Below, piece after piece: positions 48,002 to 53,531 of a DNA stretch of 53,531 nucleotides (position 1 is its first letter; each line of letters starts with the position of its first letter). The position numbers and the translations under genes are program-made. This DNA is from Candidatus Calescibacterium sp. (GTDB lineage Bacteria; Calescibacteriota; Calescibacteriia; Calescibacteriales; Calescibacteriaceae). Under the pieces are notes generated by a model. The model did not search any database. It saw only the letters and a list, made by a program, of their open reading frames with translations, and was not told the DNA's origin. Location: positions 1-53,531 of the forward strand of contig JAVVGL010000015.1 of NCBI GenBank assembly GCA_032249135.1, in the 5' to 3' direction.

Positions 48002-48964
48002 GTGTCAAAAGGCTTAAAGGGTGAAATAAAAATTTTTTCCGGGACAGCAAATCCAGAACTTTCTCAAAAAATCTCTCAATACATAGAAATACCTCTTGGA
48101 AAGTGTGAAATCAAAAGGTTCGCAGATGGAGAAATTTGGGTTGAAATAAAAGAGAACATAAGGAGAGCGGAGGTTTTCATAATACAACCTACATGCCCAC
48201 CTACAAATGATAACCTTATGGAACTGCTCATAATGATAGATGCTCTAAAAAGAGCGTCAGCAGAAAAAATAACAACGGTAATACCATATTACGGATATGC
48301 AAGGCAAGATAGAAAAGTAGAACCAAGGACACCAATTTCCGCAAAACTTGTGGCCAATCTAATTCAGGTTACAGGTTCAAATAGAGTAGTTACAGTAGAT
48401 CTGCACGCAGGACAAATCCAGGGATTTTTTGACATTCCAGTTGATAACCTATATGCTATGCCAATACACATAGATTATATAAGGCAAAAGTGGGGTGAAG
48501 GTGATGACATAGTGATAGTATCACCTGATACTGGTGGAGCACCGAGAGCAAGAGCGTATGCGAAGCATCTAAAAAGTGGGTTTGCAATAATTGATAAAAG
48601 AAGACCTAAACCTAATGAATCAGAAGTTGTATTCGTCGTGGGAGATGTCAAAGGTAAATATGCTATAATAGTTGACGATATTGTTGACACTGGCGGAACA
48701 ATAATAAAAGCAGCAGAAGCCCTGCTCAATCACGGAGCAAAAGGAGTTTCAGCAGTTTGTACCCATCCTGTTCTATCTCTACAGGCACCAGAAAAAATAA
48801 AAGATTCCCCGATTGATGAACTTGTTGTCACAGACACAATACCACTTAACGGAAAAGATGAGAGAGCAGGGGGTAAAATAAAAGTTGTATCTGTTGCTCC
48901 ACTTCTTGGAGAAGCAATAATGAGGATATATGAAGGGAGAAGCGTTTCAGAGCTATTCATTTGA
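48002..48964 (+). CDS. prs: Ribose-phosphate pyrophosphokinase
   Basis: FADGE, PYYGYARQDRK, DLHAGQIQGFF, VSPDTGG, DDIVDTGGT. Confidence 0.98.
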   Translation: MSKGLKGEIKIFSGTANPELSQKISQYIEIPLGKCEIKRFADGEIWVEIKENIRRAEVFIIQPTCPPTNDNLMELLIMIDALKRASAEKITTVIPYYGYARQDRKVEPRTPISAKLVANLIQVTGSNRVVTVDLHAGQIQGFFDIPVDNLYAMPIHIDYIRQKWGEGDDIVIVSPDTGGAPRARAYAKHLKSGFAIIDKRRPKPNESEVVFVVGDVKGKYAIIVDDIVDTGGTIIKAAEALLNHGAKGVSAVCTHPVLSLQAPEKIKDSPIDELVVTDTIPLNGKDERAGGKIKVVSVAPLLGEAIMRIYEGRSVSELFI

Positions 48965-49921
48965 AAAGTTATCTTTTGAGAAATCCTTTATGAAATTGAG
49001 AAGGTAAAACAATGGCGAAAAGAGACCTACCCTTACTTTTAAGAGGGTATAAGTGAATTTTTGGGAAACCTCAGATGATTTTACTTTCCTCATACTTTTT
49101 ATTATTCCATCAATTTCAGAAGTTCTAAATTCAGCTTCTATCTGGAATTTTTTGAGAGACCTATAAACTTCCGCTTCTGTTTTAAGTTTTATAAAAGAAA
49201 AAACATAGGGATAAAGTCCAGATAAAACAGAATTTGGATCTTCATCGCGGAGCAAGAATAAGGAGTTTATTTTTCCTGAAAGTATGTCAATTGCGACTTT
49301 CTTGAAAGGAATAGAGAAATCAGGAGGCAATACTTTTAAAATATCATCTTTGACTATGTATTTTCTTGGGAAAGCGTATAGTGCAGCTTTATGCAAAATT
49401 TCTTCTGGATCAAGGTCGGTTTGAGCTATCTGATATAAAACTTCTTCAGCATCTTCCATAATTCTTATTTCAGGAAAACGGCTCTTCAAAATAGATATGA
49501 TATCGGAAGTTTCATATGAAATCCACCAGTAGCTTTCCAACTTTGAAGCCAAATCTAAAATCGCTTTGTTTATTGATTTTTTCTCAGAGCGTATTACCAC
49601 TACACTTTCGGTTGAGCTATTGAACTTTTGGCAAATCTTCTGTATTTCATATATTTGCGATTGAGAGGGAGAAAAAAGTTCTAAATCTAATACAATAATT
49701 TTCCCTTTACGAGAAAAAAAATCTTGTGAAGAAAAAAGATGATAAATACTTTCTTTCTGGGAGTAAATCTGAATAATTTCCACTCCTTTCCCTAAATTTT
49801 CTTTTATTGAGGATAAAAATTCTTTGAAAATTGGTTTTGGACAGTTTGCAAATACATATAAAGGTTTAATTTTCGCTTTCTTCCCTATCTCAACCAAAAT
49901 TTGTTGATACCTTTTTTTCAT
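48953..49921 (-). CDS. Hypothetical protein, possibly a divergent DNA polymerase III delta subunit (HolA-like)
   Basis: Size and motifs KIKPLYVF, SQDFFS..KIIV, I.EDAEEVL...DL..EEILHKAALY....IVKDDI resemble HolA. Confidence 0.5.
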   Translation of the reverse strand: MKKRYQQILVEIGKKAKIKPLYVFANCPKPIFKEFLSSIKENLGKGVEIIQIYSQKESIYHLFSSQDFFSRKGKIIVLDLELFSPSQSQIYEIQKICQKFNSSTESVVVIRSEKKSINKAILDLASKLESYWWISYETSDIISILKSRFPEIRIMEDAEEVLYQIAQTDLDPEEILHKAALYAFPRKYIVKDDILKVLPPDFSIPFKKVAIDILSGKINSLFLLRDEDPNSVLSGLYPYVFSFIKLKTEAEVYRSLKKFQIEAEFRTSEIDGIIKSMRKVKSSEVSQKFTYTLLKVRVGLFSPLFYLLNFIKDFSKDNFSNE

Positions 49922-51051
49922 ATCAGAAGTTTTTTGAGGCTTTTCACAACTGCATCTCCAAATTCCTTTGTACTTACAACTTTTATTTTAGTTTTTCCTC
50001 TTTTTCCTTTTTGTGATTTCTTTTTTTCATCTTGAGATTTTTTCTCAAGCAAATCTTGGGTTCTAAAACCTTCCGAAAGAACATTCCTTATTGCAGTCTC
50101 TATCAAATTTCCCTCTTCCTTCATACCGAGAGAGTATTCACAGAGCATGGAAGCAGAAAGCAAAGTGGCAATTGGATTCGCTATTGATTTGCCAGCTATA
50201 TCTGGGGCTGAGCCATGAACAGGTTCGTAAAGTCCTTGAATTCTGCCACCACCCAAATCCAAACTTCCTAAACTTGCGGAAGGACAAAGTCCAAGAGAAC
50301 CTATTATTCCACCGGCTTCGTCTGAGATTATGTCTCCAAAAAGATTTGGGCACAAAACTACATCAAATTTTTGAGGGTTCAAAATAATGTAATAAGTCAT
50401 AGCATCAACATAAATGTGTTCAAGTTTAACATCAGGGTATTTTTGTGCGACTTCGGACACAATTTTTCTCCAAAAGGAAGATACTTCAAGGACATTTGCT
50501 TTATCTACTGAGGTTACCAATTTTTTTCTTTTGCGCGCCATCTCAAAAGCAAGATGAGCTATTCTTTCAACTTCTTCTTTTCTATAAATCATCGTATTTA
50601 AAGCGTAATCTCCGAATATTCCTCTCGGTTGCCCGAAATACACATCAGATGTAAGTTCTCGCAAAACAACAAAATCTATTCCATCTGAATTTTTCAATGG
50701 AGAGATATAAGAAAGTTCAGGAAAAATTTTTATTGGTCTTATATTAGCCCAAAGTTCAAGTGCTTTTCTTATTTTAAGAAGTCCTGCCTCAGGTCTTTTA
50801 TCAATAGGGAGGGAGTCCCACTTTGGTCCTCCGACTGCGCCGAGCAATATCGCATCTGAATTTTTAGCCTTCTCCACAACCTCATCTCTTATTGGGACAC
50901 CATATTTGTCTATTGATACTCCTCCTATGAGATCAAAATCAAATTCAACTTTTATTTTCTTTTTTTGGAAAATAAAATCAAGAACTTTTACAGCTTCATC
51001 AACAACCTCAGGACCTATTCCATCTCCCGGAAGAACTAAAATCTTCATCAT
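49918..51051 (-). CDS. leuB: 3-isopropylmalate dehydrogenase
   Basis: LPGDGIGPEV, GAVGGPKWD, RPEAGLL, VDKANVL, NLFGDIISD, YEPVHGSAPDIAG. Confidence 0.97.
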   Translation of the reverse strand: MMKILVLPGDGIGPEVVDEAVKVLDFIFQKKKIKVEFDFDLIGGVSIDKYGVPIRDEVVEKAKNSDAILLGAVGGPKWDSLPIDKRPEAGLLKIRKALELWANIRPIKIFPELSYISPLKNSDGIDFVVLRELTSDVYFGQPRGIFGDYALNTMIYRKEEVERIAHLAFEMARKRKKLVTSVDKANVLEVSSFWRKIVSEVAQKYPDVKLEHIYVDAMTYYIILNPQKFDVVLCPNLFGDIISDEAGGIIGSLGLCPSASLGSLDLGGGRIQGLYEPVHGSAPDIAGKSIANPIATLLSASMLCEYSLGMKEEGNLIETAIRNVLSEGFRTQDLLEKKSQDEKKKSQKGKRGKTKIKVVSTKEFGDAVVKSLKKLLI

Positions 51052-51378
51052 ATTTTTTTATTTTATTTTTCTACTAATATAAGATTTTGGTGTTTTACAA
51101 GTCGTTATGCGGCAAAAATTTCAATTCTCTTCTTTTTCTTCTTTTAATCCTCCCTTCAATCCTTCTTTTTTTCAATCTTTTCCCCGATAAAGGATTTTTT
51201 GAAATATCACTATTTCAAAATCACGTCAAATCTTTTTGACTCGTTTCTGTATCTATATCTTTCACCTCTCCTCCTCCTCATCATCATCCTTATTTCTTTA
51301 CTCCCGCTTTTATTTTGATTTGATAAAAAATTTTCTCAAAAAAATAAAAATTTTTTGATAAAGTATATCTGTAAAGAT

Positions 51379-51927
51379 ATGGAAGAGAAAAAGAAAAAAG
51401 AGGAGTCGAAAGAAGTTTTTGAAGTATCAAGGGACGGAAAGAAAATAAAAAAAGTAATAAGGGGAAGGTTCTTTGAAGACTTTGAAGTTGGAGAGAAATA
51501 CTATCACCACTGGGGCAGAACCCTTACAGAAAGCGATAACATTTTATTTTCAACTCTAACGATGAACTATAACCCTATTTATTTCAACGATGAGTGGGCG
51601 AAAAAAATGGGATACAAAAGAGCAGTAATAAATCCTCTCTTGGTTTTTAATGTAGTTTTGGGTATGAGTGTTGAAGATCTCAGTGAGCAAGCCCTTGCTC
51701 TACTTGGATACACAGATATAAAATTCCCAAAACCAGTATATCCGGGTGAGACCATTTTTGCCTTCTCGGAAGTGATAGAAAAAAGAGAATCAAAATCAAG
51801 ACCAGAGGCGGGAATAGTTACTTTCAAAACGGTAGGAGTAAATCAGGATGGTGAGATAGTTGTAGAATATAAAAGATCAGTTCTCGTAAAAAGACGGGAA
51901 TTTATAAAAAAAGAACTTGAAGGCTAA
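51379..51927 (+). CDS. MaoC-family (hot-dog fold) dehydratase
   Basis: GRFFEDFEVG, GRTLTESDN, NPIY, FPKPVYPGETI, KRESKSRP..GIV. Confidence 0.92.
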   Translation: MEEKKKKEESKEVFEVSRDGKKIKKVIRGRFFEDFEVGEKYYHHWGRTLTESDNILFSTLTMNYNPIYFNDEWAKKMGYKRAVINPLLVFNVVLGMSVEDLSEQALALLGYTDIKFPKPVYPGETIFAFSEVIEKRESKSRPEAGIVTFKTVGVNQDGEIVVEYKRSVLVKRREFIKKELEG

Positions 51928-52020
51928 AAATTTGCAAAGAAAAAATTTAACTTGTAAGAATGAAAATTGATAAATAATCAACCCAGAAAAAAAATGAATT
52001 TGTGTTTAAAATAAAAAAAT

Positions 52021-52056
52021 GTAAGCCGGGTGGATTTCAATATCCACAAGGCTTAC
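52021..52056. promoter_or_regulatory. GC-rich hairpin with a 2x2 internal loop just upstream of the SRPBCC gene
   Basis: GTAAGCC-GG-GTGGAT-TTCAAT-ATCCAC-AA-GGCTTAC. Confidence 0.6.
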
Positions 52057-52065
52057 TAAAAGTAA

Positions 52066-52578
52066 ATGAAGGTAAAAATGGAACACATTTTTGATGTCCC
52101 AGTAGATAAGTTTGATGAACTGTGGAATAATAAAGAGGTGATAGATAATGTTGTTGCAAAGCTCCCTAATGTAAAAAAAAGGGAGGTTATAGAGGAAGAA
52201 AACAAGGGCGGAGTAGTTTATAGGAAAGTATTATATGAGGGGGAAGCTGAAATACCTGATATAGTAAAAGGGGCTGTGAAACCTGATATGCTCAAATGGT
52301 ATGAAATAACTACTTATTATCCAGACAAAAAGGAGTATGAGTTTGAAATGGTACCTGTTTTCTTCAAAGACAAAATTCATTTCAAAGGAAAAATAAAACT
52401 TGTACCGGAGGGAAACAAAACAAAAAGAATTATAGAAGGTGAGCTCAAAGTTTCTTTCAATCCCTTGGCGAACAAAATAATAGAAAAATTTATGAAAGAT
52501 TATCTTGAAAAAAATATGGCAGTTGAAGCAAAAGTTCTATCAGAAGAAATGTCAAAAAAACTCAAAGAATTAGCATGA
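52066..52578 (+). CDS. SRPBCC/START-like (DUF2505-like) lipid-binding protein
   Basis: MEHIFDVPVDKF, W.E...Y, KG.I.L.P.G.KTKRIIEGELKV, long C-terminal helix. Confidence 0.7.
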   Translation: MKVKMEHIFDVPVDKFDELWNNKEVIDNVVAKLPNVKKREVIEEENKGGVVYRKVLYEGEAEIPDIVKGAVKPDMLKWYEITTYYPDKKEYEFEMVPVFFKDKIHFKGKIKLVPEGNKTKRIIEGELKVSFNPLANKIIEKFMKDYLEKNMAVEAKVLSEEMSKKLKELA

Positions 52579-53474
52579 ATAAAAAAGGAGATGATAGGAA
52601 AAAACATGAAAAAATAAATGAAGCTGAAATTAAGCTATCAAAAATAGGTAAATTCTCTCAAACTCCAAAAATTCCTAAAAATTGGGCAGAAGTAATTAAA
52701 GAAATCAGAAAAAAAGATAGAGTAATTATTGTTGGTGGGGTAGATGTTGGAAAAACATCTTTTACTATTGCTCTTGAAAGAAAGTTCAAAAATCCAGCGG
52801 TAATAGACCTTGATCCGGGTCAGCAGAGATTTTTCATACCGACTTGTGTATCAGCAAAATACAAAAATAAAATCTTAAAATTTTTTGTAGGAAGTACATC
52901 TCCAAGATTTTCAGAGTGGCTCATAATACTTGCTTTACAAACATTTCTGCAAAGGTTAGAAAAATTCAAACCTGATTTATTTATTTTAGATACTCCCGGT
53001 TTCATAGAGGGAGACAGAGCGGTTGTATTAAAAATTTCTGAGACTATAATTTTTCGTCCGACAAAAGCAGTAGTTATAACAGAAGACAAAACAAAAACTG
53101 AAAAATTGATTGAAGTTTTGTCTAAATTCTCAAAGGTTTATATATTAGATCCTTCGGAAGATGCAAGAAAAATTTCTCCGGAAGAAAGGGCAGAGATACG
53201 CCTTACAAAATTCAAAAATTACTTTTCAAAAACAAAGGAAATAATAATAATCAAAGAAGAGCAAAAAAAGAAGATCGTAGATATTTCACCAAAAATTGAA
53301 GACCAAGAAGTAACGAAACTTATTGGTTTTTTCAGAAATGGACTTACAGAAGTTGTAGGAATAATAAAAGAACAATCTGAAAGTGAAATGAAAATTATAA
53401 TACCAGAGGATTATGAATGGAAAAATTGGGATTTTGCAATTTCAAGCACTATAAAATCTATAATTCCTATATGA
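52575..53474 (+). CDS. Clp1/Grc3-family polynucleotide 5'-kinase
   Basis: GGVDVGKTS P-loop, DLDPGQ, FVGSTSP, LDTPG, R..R...F..YF lid. Confidence 0.88.
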   Translation: MNKKGDDRKKHEKINEAEIKLSKIGKFSQTPKIPKNWAEVIKEIRKKDRVIIVGGVDVGKTSFTIALERKFKNPAVIDLDPGQQRFFIPTCVSAKYKNKILKFFVGSTSPRFSEWLIILALQTFLQRLEKFKPDLFILDTPGFIEGDRAVVLKISETIIFRPTKAVVITEDKTKTEKLIEVLSKFSKVYILDPSEDARKISPEERAEIRLTKFKNYFSKTKEIIIIKEEQKKKIVDISPKIEDQEVTKLIGFFRNGLTEVVGIIKEQSESEMKIIIPEDYEWKNWDFAISSTIKSIIPI

Positions 53475-53478
53475 GAAT

Positions 53479-53531
53479 ATGGTAGAAAGGGAAAAACTTC
53501 TTGAAGGAAAAACTATAATAGTGACAGGAGG
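53479..53531 (+). CDS. SDR-family oxidoreductase, N-terminus only (runs off the window)
   Basis: MVEREKLLEGKTIIVTGG. Confidence 0.75.
   Translation, partial: MVEREKLLEGKTIIVTG

Noticed and set aside
51090-51115. GTTATGCGGCA as an integron attC core or XerC arm
   Set aside because: No complementary inverse core at cassette distance, no XerD arm, no integrase or cassette array.
1-53531. CRISPR arrays, rRNA, IS elements, T-box or riboswitch leaders before ileS/thrS/argS/leuB, and the many 60-200 aa antisense or overlapping ORFs
   Set aside because: No regular repeat-spacer pattern, transposase or T-box consensus was found by eye. The small ORFs are shadows of well-supported genes and carry no recognisable motifs.

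Overview
AT-rich bacterial chromosomal window of about 53.5 kb. The Lys/Glu-rich proteins suggest a thermophile; the TonB receptor, Wza-like exporter, GspC and Glt-like TPR lipoprotein indicate a diderm cell envelope. It holds about 45 CDSs, mostly housekeeping genes separated from their usual operons (ileS, nadE, trmD, sat, flhF, pheT, coaE, pyrE, recO, rpmC, gspC, thrS-infC, argS, prs, leuB), plus tRNA-Leu(CAA) and tRNA-Gln(UUG). No CRISPR array, integrase or transposase was seen. Highlights: (1) an ~8 kb block bounded by a 121-bp direct repeat of an internal ileS segment (8 of 9 mismatches synonymous), enclosing a cluster of a TonB receptor, three periplasmic binding proteins and an MCP with no permease; (2) an SPPY-type DNA methyltransferase overlapping an EndoIII/HhH-GPD-like Fe-S protein where an endonuclease would be expected; (3) PncA fused to 11-residue amphipathic repeats and a histone H1-like tail that has its own internal RBS; (4) an apparent strand-composition switch near 33.3-33.9 kb next to gene debris and tRNA-Leu; (5) a GlmU lacking its uridyltransferase domain, an orphan rpmC, a probable AUA start for infC, an AbiEii-type TA pair and a bacterial Clp1 kinase. 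Product calls rest on motif recognition only; no database searches were run.
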